DNA of 60,594 nt, the filler included, from Sphingomonadaceae bacterium (lineage in GTDB: Bacteria; Chloroflexota; UBA6077), in the NCBI GenBank assembly GCA_050261575.1. It is 4 parts of 4 records of this genome, joined end to end, with 100 filler letters (N's around TTAATTAATTAA, not from the genome) between each part and the next. Parts side by side here need not be neighbours in the genome. Positions count along the whole stretch, not along the records: positions 1 to 12,072 come from JBLNDL010000080.1; 3 more parts are not named here. One strand, 5' to 3'. Both the position numbers and the translations under genes were made by a program. Below the pieces are notes generated by a model, which was not told the DNA's origin, did no database searches, and was given only the letters and a program-made list of their open reading frames with translations. Of this stretch, positions 1 to 9,370 are shown piece by piece; the stretch's first letter is position 1; each line of letters begins with the position of its first letter.

Positions 1-2
1 TC

Positions 3-1073
3 CCCACCTCGGGGGCCAAGCCGACGTGGGTGGCCGTGGACAAGGCTGGCGGTGTGTGGTACGCCGCCTCGGGGACCAACTCCTTCGGCCGGGTGGCCAA
101 CGGAACGGTGACCGAGTACGGGCTTCCCAGCCCCAACAGCGCCCCGTTCGGGATCGCCGTAGACGGCAGCGGCAACGTGTGGCTCACCGAGCAGTCTGGT
201 AACAGGATAGCCAGGGCTGCGGGGGCCGCGCCGGTGGCCGCGCCCACACCGGTTCCATCGCCGACCGCCACTCCACCTTCGGTCCCTGCGCCCACCCCAG
301 GACCCGTGCCTCACGACAACCGCTACTTCGCCGCCACGGGATTCCGCATCGACAACGATGTGTTCTGGGACTACTTCAACAAGCGGGGCGGGATCAACAC
401 CTTCGGCTATCCGGTGAGCCGCACGTTCACCTTCCTGGGCTTCACCACCCAGTTCTTCCAGCGGGCGATCATGCAGCAGGGCCCCGACGGTGCCGCCCGA
501 ACCATGAACGTGCTGGACACGGGGCTGATGCCCTACACCCGGATCAACGGGAGCACCTTCCCCGCGCCGGACGCCTCGTTGACCGCTCTGGCCCCCGCAC
601 CGGGGACCGTGGACTACGACTTGCGGGTGCAGGAGTTCATCAAGAACAACGCGCCGAATCACTTCGAGGGGCTCAACGTCAACTTCTATCAGGCGTTCGT
701 GAATACGGTGAGGATGGAGGATGCGTTCCCCCAGGGTGGAGGCAACCCGTCGCTGCTGCCGCTGCTGAACCTCGAGCTGTGGGGCGTGCCCACCAGCCGG
801 CCCCAGAGGGACCCCAACAACAGCAACTTCGTCTACCTGCGTTTCCAGCGGGGGATCATGCACTACGACGCCACCAACGGCTTCACGCAGGGCCTGCTGC
901 TGGCGGATTACCTGAAGGCGATCATGACGGGCTCCGGCTTGCCCTCGGACCTGGACGCCCAGGCCAGGGACAGCATCTTCTATCGCCAGTACAACTCGTC
1001 GAAGACGAACTGGGTGGACCGGCCGGACCTATTGCCGGCCACCAATCTGGCCTACGCGTTCGAGCGACAGTAG
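3..1073 (+). CDS. 5'-truncated surface protein: Vgb/NHL-like beta-propeller repeats, Pro/Thr linker, C-terminal Chloroflexi-type domain
   Basis: Frame open from the window edge; repeats such as 'PFGIAVDGSGNVWLTE'; PTP-rich linker; 'YFAATGFRI...GGINTFGYPVS' motif. Confidence 0.7.
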   Translation, partial: PTSGAKPTWVAVDKAGGVWYAASGTNSFGRVANGTVTEYGLPSPNSAPFGIAVDGSGNVWLTEQSGNRIARAAGAAPVAAPTPVPSPTATPPSVPAPTPGPVPHDNRYFAATGFRIDNDVFWDYFNKRGGINTFGYPVSRTFTFLGFTTQFFQRAIMQQGPDGAARTMNVLDTGLMPYTRINGSTFPAPDASLTALAPAPGTVDYDLRVQEFIKNNAPNHFEGLNVNFYQAFVNTVRMEDAFPQGGGNPSLLPLLNLELWGVPTSRPQRDPNNSNFVYLRFQRGIMHYDATNGFTQGLLLADYLKAIMTGSGLPSDLDAQARDSIFYRQYNSSKTNWVDRPDLLPATNLAYAFERQ

Positions 1074-1095
1074 ACTTCGGTACCTCGCGGCCCTT

Positions 1096-1132
1096 CCAGG
1101 GGGTGGGCGTTCGCCCACCCCCTGGTACTTTG
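1096..1132 (+). terminator. Intrinsic terminator
   Basis: 14-bp inverted repeat ccagggggtgggcg/cgcccaccccctgg followed by tactttt. Confidence 0.7.
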
Positions 1133-1222
1133 TCTATATGGCTCGATCAGCGGCAAGGGAGTACACTGGGGCTGCCCTCGATGTAGATGCAGGGTATTTC
1201 CCATCGACGCAAGGAGATGAGC

Positions 1223-2356
1223 ATGCTACCCAAAGAACGCGTGATCGCGGCGCTGGAGCATCGAGAAGCCGACCGTGTCCCCATCGGCGAGCAGGGGGTA
1301 GACTGGGAGGTCACCGACCGTGCCCTGGGGGTCCAGACCCTCTACCGAGCGAAGTGGCGGCAATACACGGCCTTGTGGGAGGGCCGGAGGGACGAGATCG
1401 CGGAGAGCCATTGGCGAGACCTGGTTGGACTGACCCGGAAGTTCGAGTGGGATTTCGTGGTGGTCCCCACCGTTCCCGCCAGGAAGGGAAGCTACTACGT
1501 GCCCGAGATGCTGGGGGACTACACCTGGCGTGACGAGACGGGTAGGGTCTGGCAGTACTCCCCCGACTCCGGCGGCCACGCGATGGTCAAGGAGTACCCT
1601 CCGATGACGATCGACGACATACCCGATCCCGATGGACCCTTCAGCATCGATGCCTCCGAGTTCGAGGCCATGGAGCGGGTGGTCAAGGAGATCGGCAGAA
1701 CCCACTTCGTGTTCGGCCGGGTTCCCGACGGCACCTTCCCCTGGCAGGAGACCGTTGGCCTCGAGGACTACCTGACCAAGATGATCACCGAGCCGGAGTT
1801 CGTCCGGAAGGCCGCCGCGTACCACACCAACAAGTCGATCGCCTACGTGAAGGCGGCCGCGGCCACGGGGATCGACGGCATCCTGGTTGGAACCGACTAC
1901 GCGGACAACCATGGGCCGATGATGGGTCCTCGCCTCTTCCGCGAGTTCCTCCTCCCGTGGCTCGCCGCCACCGCGAAGGCGGCACACGACGAGGGGCTCT
2001 TCTTCGTCAAGCACACCGACGGCAACCTCTGGTCCGTCCTGGATGACTTCGTCGCCGCGGGTGTCGACGGCTGGCAGGGGATACAGCCTCGCATCGGCAT
2101 GGACATGAAGCTGCTGAAAGAGAAGTATGCGGGCAAGCTGACCCTGGTCGGGGGGGTGAATTGCGAGACCCTGACGCTCGGCACGCAGGAGGATGTGGAG
2201 GAAGAGGTGAAGTACGCCATCCGACACGCCGCCCCGGGTGGGGGGCTCATGATGTGCTCTGGAAACACGCTGATGCCGGGCACCAAGTACGAAAACTACC
2301 TGGCGATGGTAGACGCCAACCGAAGGTACGGGAAGTATCCCATTGGCGGGTTCTAG
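1223..2356 (+). CDS. Uroporphyrinogen decarboxylase (UroD/MtaA-CmuA) family protein
   Basis: 'KERVIAALEHREADRVP' N-terminus, 'HTDGN', 'LKEKY..LTLVGGV', 'GGGLMMCSGN'; RBS aaggag. Confidence 0.85.
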   Translation: MLPKERVIAALEHREADRVPIGEQGVDWEVTDRALGVQTLYRAKWRQYTALWEGRRDEIAESHWRDLVGLTRKFEWDFVVVPTVPARKGSYYVPEMLGDYTWRDETGRVWQYSPDSGGHAMVKEYPPMTIDDIPDPDGPFSIDASEFEAMERVVKEIGRTHFVFGRVPDGTFPWQETVGLEDYLTKMITEPEFVRKAAAYHTNKSIAYVKAAAATGIDGILVGTDYADNHGPMMGPRLFREFLLPWLAATAKAAHDEGLFFVKHTDGNLWSVLDDFVAAGVDGWQGIQPRIGMDMKLLKEKYAGKLTLVGGVNCETLTLGTQEDVEEEVKYAIRHAAPGGGLMMCSGNTLMPGTKYENYLAMVDANRRYGKYPIGGF

Positions 2357-2506
2357 GCGAGGCATCGAGAGAAGTGGCCGTGGAGGCCCTCGGACGCCGC
2401 GTCCGAGGGCCTTTCCGCCCGCCTGCTTCAGGGGCGGGGCACTACACGCCTCTGGCACCCTTGATGCTGGGAGTCCCTGTGAGAAGAGACGAGGAAGGAG
2501 GGGAAG

Positions 2507-3067
2507 ATGCTCCGCGATCTTGGCATGCTCATCCTTCGGCTCACCATTGGGACCCTGCTGATGGGGCATGGCAGCCAGAAGCTCTTCGGGTGGTTCGGCG
2601 GTTACGGACTGCGGGGCACTGCTGTCTGGCTCGAGGGTCTGGGGTTCCGCCCTGGCCATCGCTGGGCACCCGTCGTGGGGCTTGCGGAGTTCGGCGGCGG
2701 CCTCCTGACCGCGCTGGGGTTGGTGCATCCGGTGGGGCCGATCGTGACGATGGCTCCGATGAGCGTGGCCATCGGCACCGCGCACTGGGGGAAGCCAATC
2801 TGGGCGACCGCTGGTGGGGGCGAACTGCCGGCCACGAACATCGCGATAGCCACGGCGCTGACCCTCGCCGGGCCCGGACGCTTCTCCTTGGATCGGGTCC
2901 TTGGGATCCGCCTGCCGGGGCCGATAGCTGCCCTCGTCGCGGCCGCAACGGCCATCGGGGTAGTCGTCGCGTTGACCAGCCGAGCCGTCCCGAGTCAACG
3001 GCCGGAAGCCGAGGCTGGCACCAGGGTGGAAGCCGGCCAGGAGGTGGAAGTGTTGGGCACGGCGTGA
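2507..3067 (+). CDS. DoxX family membrane protein
   Basis: 'LILRLTIG...HGSQKLFGWFGG', 'EFGGG', 'GPGRFSLD'. Confidence 0.9.
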   Translation: MLRDLGMLILRLTIGTLLMGHGSQKLFGWFGGYGLRGTAVWLEGLGFRPGHRWAPVVGLAEFGGGLLTALGLVHPVGPIVTMAPMSVAIGTAHWGKPIWATAGGGELPATNIAIATALTLAGPGRFSLDRVLGIRLPGPIAALVAAATAIGVVVALTSRAVPSQRPEAEAGTRVEAGQEVEVLGTA

Positions 3068-3078
3068 GCGCCTGAGCC

Positions 3079-4335
3079 GTGCCCGCTCCTCGTACCCCGG
3101 AACCGACTGCGCGACCGCCACAGCCGTGGCCGGTGGTACTGGCGCTGTTCTCCGTCACCTCGATCGTCGAGGCCATAGGCATCAGCCAGGTCTTCGCCTT
3201 CATGCCCCTCTACCTCCAGGAATTGGGGCTGCCCAGGGAGGTGGTGCCCCAATGGGTCGGCGCGCTGAGCGCGCTCGTCTTCGTCCTAGGGTTGCCTCTA
3301 GTGCCCCTCTGGGGCGTCTGGGCGGACAAGTTCAGCCGCAAAGCGGTCATCATCCGCAGCGCGGTGGTGGAGAGCGTGGTGTTCGTCCTGATTGCCCTCA
3401 GCCGCGAGCCCTGGCAACTGGCGGGGAGCTTCCTCCTCTCTGGATTCCAGCTCGGGAACAGCGGAGTCATGCTCGCCGCAATCAGGGACGTAACGCCCCG
3501 ATGGAGGCTGGGAACGGCCATCGCCGTCTTCGGCGCCACCTGGTCCATCGGCTCGGCCGTGGGGCCTGTCCTGGGCGGCTTAATGATCGACGGTCTCCGC
3601 GCCCCCATCTCGGCGGTGTACGTCCTGGCTGCCGCCCTGTCCCTTGCCAGCGCCATGCTGCTGGCCGTCGGCTTCCGCGAGGTGCGGCCGGAGGTCGCCC
3701 CGACGGGTCGGGTTCTCGGCCTGGCCTTCGGCGCCGTCCGGGGCGTGCTCTCCGATCGGGCGACGCGCCGACTGTTCGCCGTCTTCGGCATCTCGCTCCT
3801 GGGACGCCAGATGTCCTTCCCCTTCCTTCCGCTGCTGGTGGAGCGGGTGACCGGCAACGCGATGGGGGTGGCGAGCGCCATCGCCCTGGTGGTGGGATCC
3901 GCCGCGTTGCTGGGGGGACTGATCTCCCCGCTGGCGGGGACGTTGGGCGATCGGGTGGGGTTTCGCCCTGTGCTCACCCTGTCGCTGGTGGGGTCCGGCG
4001 CTGCCCTCGCGCTGATGCCGTTCGTTCCCGCCGTTCCGCCGCTGGCTGCGGCCAACGCGATCGTTTCCATCCTGGCTGGGGCGGTGAGTGCGATGGTGTT
4101 CGCCCTCCTGGCCGAGGAGGTGCCGCCAGACCGACGCTCGGCTACCCTGAATCTGGTCTACCTTCCACTCTACCTGGCCGGAATCGTCGGTCCGGCGCTG
4201 GGTGCGCTGATTGTGGCCGCCGGCCTGCCCGTGGTGTTCGTGCTGGGTGGGCTGGCGCAGATGGGCGCAGTCCTGCTCGTCCTGGCCGGTCGACCCCGCT
4301 CCGAAGGGGCAGGTCAGGAGTCGAGCGGGGACTGA
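3079..4335 (+). CDS. MFS transporter
   Basis: About 12 hydrophobic segments; motif A 'WGVWADKFSRK' and 'GTLGDRVGFR'. Confidence 0.9.
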   Translation: MPAPRTPEPTARPPQPWPVVLALFSVTSIVEAIGISQVFAFMPLYLQELGLPREVVPQWVGALSALVFVLGLPLVPLWGVWADKFSRKAVIIRSAVVESVVFVLIALSREPWQLAGSFLLSGFQLGNSGVMLAAIRDVTPRWRLGTAIAVFGATWSIGSAVGPVLGGLMIDGLRAPISAVYVLAAALSLASAMLLAVGFREVRPEVAPTGRVLGLAFGAVRGVLSDRATRRLFAVFGISLLGRQMSFPFLPLLVERVTGNAMGVASAIALVVGSAALLGGLISPLAGTLGDRVGFRPVLTLSLVGSGAALALMPFVPAVPPLAAANAIVSILAGAVSAMVFALLAEEVPPDRRSATLNLVYLPLYLAGIVGPALGALIVAAGLPVVFVLGGLAQMGAVLLVLAGRPRSEGAGQESSGD

Positions 4336-4715
4336 GGAGCCCCGGCCCCTCACCCTTCGGAGGAGGCGTGATGGTGCTGCCGGCATGCCCAGGGAGTGAG
4401 GGCTTGAACGAGAGCAATAGGCCCTACCCTGTCGCCAGGGCTTGCTCATCGTCAGCCAGAGCCGCTGGCGAAGGGTCTTCACTTGGCAGTGCGGGTGCGT
4501 CCCCGCGTGGGATGCTTCGCCATCACTCGGCACGGCAGATGTAGCGTGGCCGCGACGAGGGCCACGCCACGGCCGGCTCGACGATGCGGAGGAGTCTGAA
4601 GGCCCACGTGCTGATCGCACAAGGTGCAGCGATCCTCCCCCCGTGATGGTGTAACATTACATAAAGTACCAGGGCGCGTCGGGCGCTGCTCCCGCGCGCG
4701 AACAGGGAGGTTGCC

Positions 4716-5138
4716 ATGGAGGGGCCGCAGAGGGGCGATTCGGACGGCCGCGTGGGTTGCCGTGGTCGTGTGCTGGTGGTCGAGGATGACGTGGAGCTTC
4801 GATCTTTCCTCGCATCTTGTCTGGAATCGGCCGGCTATCAGGCCATTGTATCCAACAACGGCTGGCAGGGGCTCCGGGCCGTGGACACCTTTCACCCCCA
4901 GGTGGCCGTAGTCGACCTCAACTTGCCGGTGATGTCGGGCTTTCGCTTTCTCTACCTTCTGCGGCGGGATGGGACCGGGGACCAGCGTCGCGTGCCGGTG
5001 ATCGTCATCTCCGGTGACGACGCGGCGCAGTGCAAGGAGTTGGTGATGGAGGTCAAACCGGAGGCATACCTCCAGAAGCCCTTCGGGCCCGACGAGCTGC
5101 TGGAGAGGGTCGAGAAGCTGCTGGGCTCCCAGGAGTAG
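4716..5138 (+). CDS. Single-domain response regulator (receiver)
   Basis: 'VLVVEDD', 'DLNLPVMSG', 'QKPF' motifs; RBS gggagg. Confidence 0.9.
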   Translation: MEGPQRGDSDGRVGCRGRVLVVEDDVELRSFLASCLESAGYQAIVSNNGWQGLRAVDTFHPQVAVVDLNLPVMSGFRFLYLLRRDGTGDQRRVPVIVISGDDAAQCKELVMEVKPEAYLQKPFGPDELLERVEKLLGSQE

Positions 5139-5327
5139 GGGCCTCTCGCCCCTACTCCTGCTCTCCCCTCCCACTACAGCCAGATTGGGAATTGCCTTTT
5201 CGCTTCATCTTCGCTACCATCTGCCTACTCACTTCAGCACCGGGGCCTCTGAGCGCCCGTCCCTTCGTTCCCATCGTTGCGCACAACCGATATAGTCTAG
5301 CGACCATCCAAGATGTGGTAGTTCAGG

Positions 5328-6995
5328 GTGTGTCTCAGCACGCCCTGCTATGAGGTGACGAGGATTACTTCGGCTGACAGAGATAGAGCCTCCCGTGCCG
5401 CGAGGAGACCCCGCGTTCGCGCGAGAAGGGCCTTCGCGGAGCGATTCCCATTTCAGATCCGCTTTCTGCTCCACCTGGCCGTCGTCGGCTTGACCGGGAT
5501 CTCGGTCTTGCCGGCCGGTAGCACCCTCGTGGTCGCCGAATCCGTGGGGGGCACCGAGGGGAGGCCTGCTCTAGCACGACTCGCCCCCGTCGACGCCGGA
5601 GTGCTCGCGGCGCAGGCTATCCCGAGGCTGTTATCTGGGGCCGCTCCGACGGCGGTGCCTACCCCCGATGGTGGGCAGTTGTTGGCGGCGGCCGCTGGGC
5701 AGCCGATTCCCAACCAGGACGAGGCCACGGTCAGGGCCCTCTTCGTCGCTGTCGATCCGCTGACAGCCATGGCGCAGGTCCAGGACGATGGGATCGTGGC
5801 GGTGAGGTCGATGTCGACCAATCGCGGAGGAGTCCGGGCTCCGGAGCCGACCCCGACCGCAAGCCCCACCCCCAGTCCGACTCCTCAGAAGGGTCCACTG
5901 AAGCCCTTCACATATCGAGTGGGGCCGGGTGATACGCTCTTCGGTATCGCCCAGCGGTTCGGGATCACACCGGAGACGGTTCTCTGGGCCAACGATCTGG
6001 GCAACGGGGAGTTGCTGCAGATCGGGCAGGACCTCACGATACTCCCGGTTTCGGGCGTTCTCCACAAGGTGCAGAAGGGCGACACTGTGCTGACCATCGC
6101 CGAGGCATACGGGGCGGATTCGGCCAAGGTAGTGGAGGCGAACCTGCTGGGCGACTCCAACGCCCTTCAAGAGGGCCAACTACTAGTGGTTCCTGGCGGC
6201 ATGATGCGGACGACGGAGCCGATTACGGGGCTGCCCAGCGCGCCGAGCCCGCAAGAGCTGGCCAAGGCCCCGCGTTACGTGGTGAAGGAGGGCGACAACC
6301 TCCTGTCCATCGCCGACGCCTTCGGGGTGGCTGCCTCGGTGATCCAGGTGGCGAACGACCTGCTGGATCCCGACAAGCTGAGGATCGGCCAGGAACTGGT
6401 GATCCCGGGTGGCACTTCGGGTACGGCGGCCGTGGCTTCGAAGCCGGCCACGCCGACGCCCACACCGAAGCCCGCGGCCCCTGCCCCGCAGCCTACGAAA
6501 CCCGCCGCCACGGCTCCCGCTGCGCAGCCGACGAAACCGGTCCCGTCGCCGACGCCGAAGCCCGCGCCGCAGCCGACCCCGCAGCCGACCCAGGCTCCGC
6601 CACCTGCTGTGCCAGGAGGTGCAGGGGACAGGATCGCGGCCATTGCGCAGAAGTACCTGGGCTACCGTTACGTGTGGGGAGGCCACTCACCGAGCGGCTT
6701 CGACTGCAGCGGCTTCACCTGGTACGTGTACAAGGAGGCCGGGATCAACATCCCGATCCACGATCTGGCGGGACAGTTGAATGCGGGCCCGAGGATCAGT
6801 CGCGACCAGTTGCTGCCCGGCGACCTGGTCTTCTTCCAGAACACCTACAAGGCTGGGCTGTCCCACAGCGGGATCTATCTCGGCGGCGGCCGTTTCATCA
6901 ACGCCGAGACAGAGAGGGTGGGCGTGCAGATCCGCTCCCTGAGCGATCCGTACTGGTCGCCTCGCTTCGTCGGTGGCTCCAGACCCTGGAAGTAG
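5328..6995 (+). CDS. LysM x3 + NlpC/P60 cell-wall endopeptidase (start uncertain)
   Basis: Three LysM repeats (YRVGPGDTLFGIA, HKVQKGDTVLTIA, YVVKEGDNLLSIA); NlpC/P60 'GFDCSGF...GDLVFF...HSGIYLG'. Confidence 0.9.
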   Translation: MCLSTPCYEVTRITSADRDRASRAARRPRVRARRAFAERFPFQIRFLLHLAVVGLTGISVLPAGSTLVVAESVGGTEGRPALARLAPVDAGVLAAQAIPRLLSGAAPTAVPTPDGGQLLAAAAGQPIPNQDEATVRALFVAVDPLTAMAQVQDDGIVAVRSMSTNRGGVRAPEPTPTASPTPSPTPQKGPLKPFTYRVGPGDTLFGIAQRFGITPETVLWANDLGNGELLQIGQDLTILPVSGVLHKVQKGDTVLTIAEAYGADSAKVVEANLLGDSNALQEGQLLVVPGGMMRTTEPITGLPSAPSPQELAKAPRYVVKEGDNLLSIADAFGVAASVIQVANDLLDPDKLRIGQELVIPGGTSGTAAVASKPATPTPTPKPAAPAPQPTKPAATAPAAQPTKPVPSPTPKPAPQPTPQPTQAPPPAVPGGAGDRIAAIAQKYLGYRYVWGGHSPSGFDCSGFTWYVYKEAGINIPIHDLAGQLNAGPRISRDQLLPGDLVFFQNTYKAGLSHSGIYLGGGRFINAETERVGVQIRSLSDPYWSPRFVGGSRPWK

Positions 6996-7055
6996 GGTTG
7001 CAGCGGGAAAGGGGGTGGCCTTTGGCCGCCCGCCTTTCCCTACTCTGGTAGGGGA

Positions 7056-7499
7056 CTACCTCTCGAGCCGGGCCTTCAGTCGGATGTCCACGTTGTTGCG
7101 CAGGGCGTTGGACACCGGGCAGGCTTGCTCGGCTTGGCGCGCCAATTCCTCGAAGCGAGCCTCATCCAACTCCGGTACCACCCCGACGACATCCAAATCC
7201 ATGGTGGTGATCTTGTACTTCCCTTCCACCTGGTCGAAGCTGCAGGTGGCGGCTACCTCCAGGCGGGTGGGGAGTGCGCCGGCCTGGGCCAGGGTGTGGG
7301 AGAACGCCATTGCGTAGCATCCGGCGTGGGCAGCGGCGATCATCTCCTCGGGGCTGGTGGTACCGGGCGTCCGCCGGGTGCGGGTAGCCCAGGTGATTGG
7401 CTGCTTCTTGATGACACCGCTCTCGTAGTCGACCCATCCCTGGCCTCGAACGAGGTCGCCTTCCCACACGACGTCGGCTCGACTCTGTGCAACTGCCAT
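7056..7499 (-). CDS. osmC: OsmC family peroxiredoxin
   Basis: 'TSPEEMIAAAHAGCYAMA' and 'CPVSNAL'; ATG preceded by aggaaggag. Confidence 0.9.
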   Translation of the reverse strand: MAVAQSRADVVWEGDLVRGQGWVDYESGVIKKQPITWATRTRRTPGTTSPEEMIAAAHAGCYAMAFSHTLAQAGALPTRLEVAATCSFDQVEGKYKITTMDLDVVGVVPELDEARFEELARQAEQACPVSNALRNNVDIRLKARLER

Positions 7500-7572
7500 T
7501 TCTCGGCTCCTTCCTCGCGCAGTCCTTTTCCGCCTGATGCACACCGGGGGCGCAGCTCCGGGTAAGGGCCGT

Positions 7573-7716
7573 GCTCGTGAGGCCGCGCTCGCTCGCCTCA
7601 CGTGCCCGCTCGCGTCACGCCGTGTGCACCCTCGCCTCTTTCACCCGGGTTGGGCGGACACGCAGGTCCATACCTGCGCCCATCTGAACTCCCCATCCGC
7701 TCTGCCTGGCAATGCA
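7573..7716 (+). repeat. REP/MITE-like dispersed repeat, copy 1
   Basis: Shares cctcacgtgcccgctcgcgtcacgc with 44951-45040 and ccgggttgggcggacacgcagg with the reverse complement of 9062-9160. Confidence 0.7.
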
Positions 7717-7852
7717 CTTGAGACGCCTGTTGCTTGGGGCGACACGGACGGGCTCAAAGTGGTTGTGGGGGCAAGAGCCATGCCACCGCGAGGAACCCGA
7801 CCGCACAGTCACCCAGCGGCCGAGGACGCGGAGAAGGGTTGGGACAGCACAC

Positions 7853-8512
7853 TCATCCAACCAGGCATCGGTGTAGGGCTACGCTCACCAGGAGGATGAC
7901 GCACCCGTAGAGGTAGCCGCCCACCACGTCGTTGAACCAGTGGAGACCCAGATAGACCCGACTGAAGCCGATTCCCGCCACCGCAAGGATGGTCGCCGCC
8001 GGGAGCAGCCGCCGAGACCACGGACGGTCGACGAGAGTCCAGGCGACCACCGCGGCGATGCCCAGGATGGCTACGGATGACAGTGCATGGCCGCTGGGGA
8101 AGCCGCGGTCTTCGAGGAGGGTCAGGGGCCCGGGTGGCTGCCTCAGGAAGGGTCTGGGCGCCTGGACCACCAGCTTGGTCAGGTAGGCCGTGCCGTGGGC
8201 AACCGCCGCCGTGCCCACCATCAGCAGCGCGCTGCGCCAGTAGCTCCTCCCGAGCGCCCAGAGGGCCGCGGCGGCAATGATGAGCGAGAGCGATGGTACC
8301 GAGCCCAGATAGGTGAACCCGACCATGAGGACGTCTAGCCACGGCTGCGCCAGCTTGTAGGCGGCGGCGGTGAGGGAGGCGTTGAGGGGCTGAAGCGCAC
8401 CGGTGATGGCGATGACGGTATCGACCATCGCAGCCAGAGACGCCAGCGCCAGAAGAACGCCCAGCCTGGATTGGGTGAGCTGTTCGGACAGACAGCGCCG
8501 CAACTGCAACAT
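7853..8512 (-). CDS. PAP2 family phosphatase
   Basis: 'KLVVQAPRP', 'FPSGH', 'SRVYLGLHWFNDVVGG' motifs. Confidence 0.9.
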   Translation of the reverse strand: MLQLRRCLSEQLTQSRLGVLLALASLAAMVDTVIAITGALQPLNASLTAAAYKLAQPWLDVLMVGFTYLGSVPSLSLIIAAAALWALGRSYWRSALLMVGTAAVAHGTAYLTKLVVQAPRPFLRQPPGPLTLLEDRGFPSGHALSSVAILGIAAVVAWTLVDRPWSRRLLPAATILAVAGIGFSRVYLGLHWFNDVVGGYLYGCVILLVSVALHRCLVG

Positions 8513-8718
8513 GGATCGATTCTACCACCTCCGGTGCCGGCAGAGTCGCAAAGACGCGAAGGACAGAGGGGGCGTTCCGATCCCCCTCCGTCCTTCGTAC
8601 CGTGGCCGCTCGAACCCGATTCGAGGCCGGGGGCAGTTGCGGGCGGACAGCCTCCGAGGCGCCGCCGCTTCCTTCCCCGGGACGAGGAAGGGGTCAGAGC
8701 GGGGAAAGCAACTCGGAC

Positions 8719-9024
8719 CTACCGCTTGGGCTCGGCGCGCACTCCGTGCTCGAAGACCAGCTCGTAAGCCTTCCTTGGGTCCTTGGTGAAGGCGGCTCCC
8801 GAGTCCCGCACCATCCGCAGGTCCTCAACCATGGCGATCACCTCGCCCGGCGTGAGTTCGTTGTCCCTCTCGCCCTGGGTCTCCAGCCAGTGGATAATTT
8901 CGTCCCAGTTGTGCCAGTCGCCGCGGCGGTAAACCACTTCCATGTCCGACAGATCGTAGGCGTGCTCCATCTTCTTGTGGCCTGTCCTCTCAATGTGCAC
9001 GCCCTCGATTTCTTCCTCTCGCAT
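8719..9024 (-). CDS. Small hypothetical protein (101 aa)
   Basis: ATG preceded by gggagaagag; protein-like composition (MREEEIEGVHIERTG...); no family recognised. Confidence 0.7.
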   Translation of the reverse strand: MREEEIEGVHIERTGHKKMEHAYDLSDMEVVYRRGDWHNWDEIIHWLETQGERDNELTPGEVIAMVEDLRMVRDSGAAFTKDPRKAYELVFEHGVRAEPKR

Positions 9025-9061
9025 CTCTTCTCCCTTCTGAGTGCAGTCGTCTGACCCATGA

Positions 9062-9160
9062 TGCACATTGCCGCGCAGCGCGTTCAGAGACCGCGGACGG
9101 CCGTAGGGGCGGGCCTGCGTGTCCGCCCAACCCGGATGTGGGAAGCGAGCGCACGCAGGC
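9062..9160 (-). repeat. REP/MITE-like dispersed repeat, copy 2 (inverted relative to copy 1)
   Basis: gtaggggcgggcctgcgtgtccgcccaacccgg at 9103 is the reverse-complement homologue of 7645-7677. Confidence 0.7.
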
Positions 9161-9370
9161 GCGCTCCCGCTGATGGGCCGGTGATGCCAACGTGCATCAC
9201 TCGTGTCCGGGCTGTGGGCCTGCCCCAACGGGCAACCGCGCCGCACCGCCCCTGGGCGCACGAACCATGCCGATAGAAGGTCTTGGCGATGGATGGGCGA
9301 CGGGGTTTCGGTCGAGCGGCGGAGGAAGACCCAATACCGTCACCCTGTCTTTCCGCCACTCGAACTACCT

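Noticed and set aside
1226..3121. Long antisense or alternative-frame ORFs (e.g. 1226-3121, 16951-18822, 45151-47391, 37386-39155)
   Set aside because: Shadow ORFs expected in high-GC DNA; they overlap well-supported genes and have no motifs.
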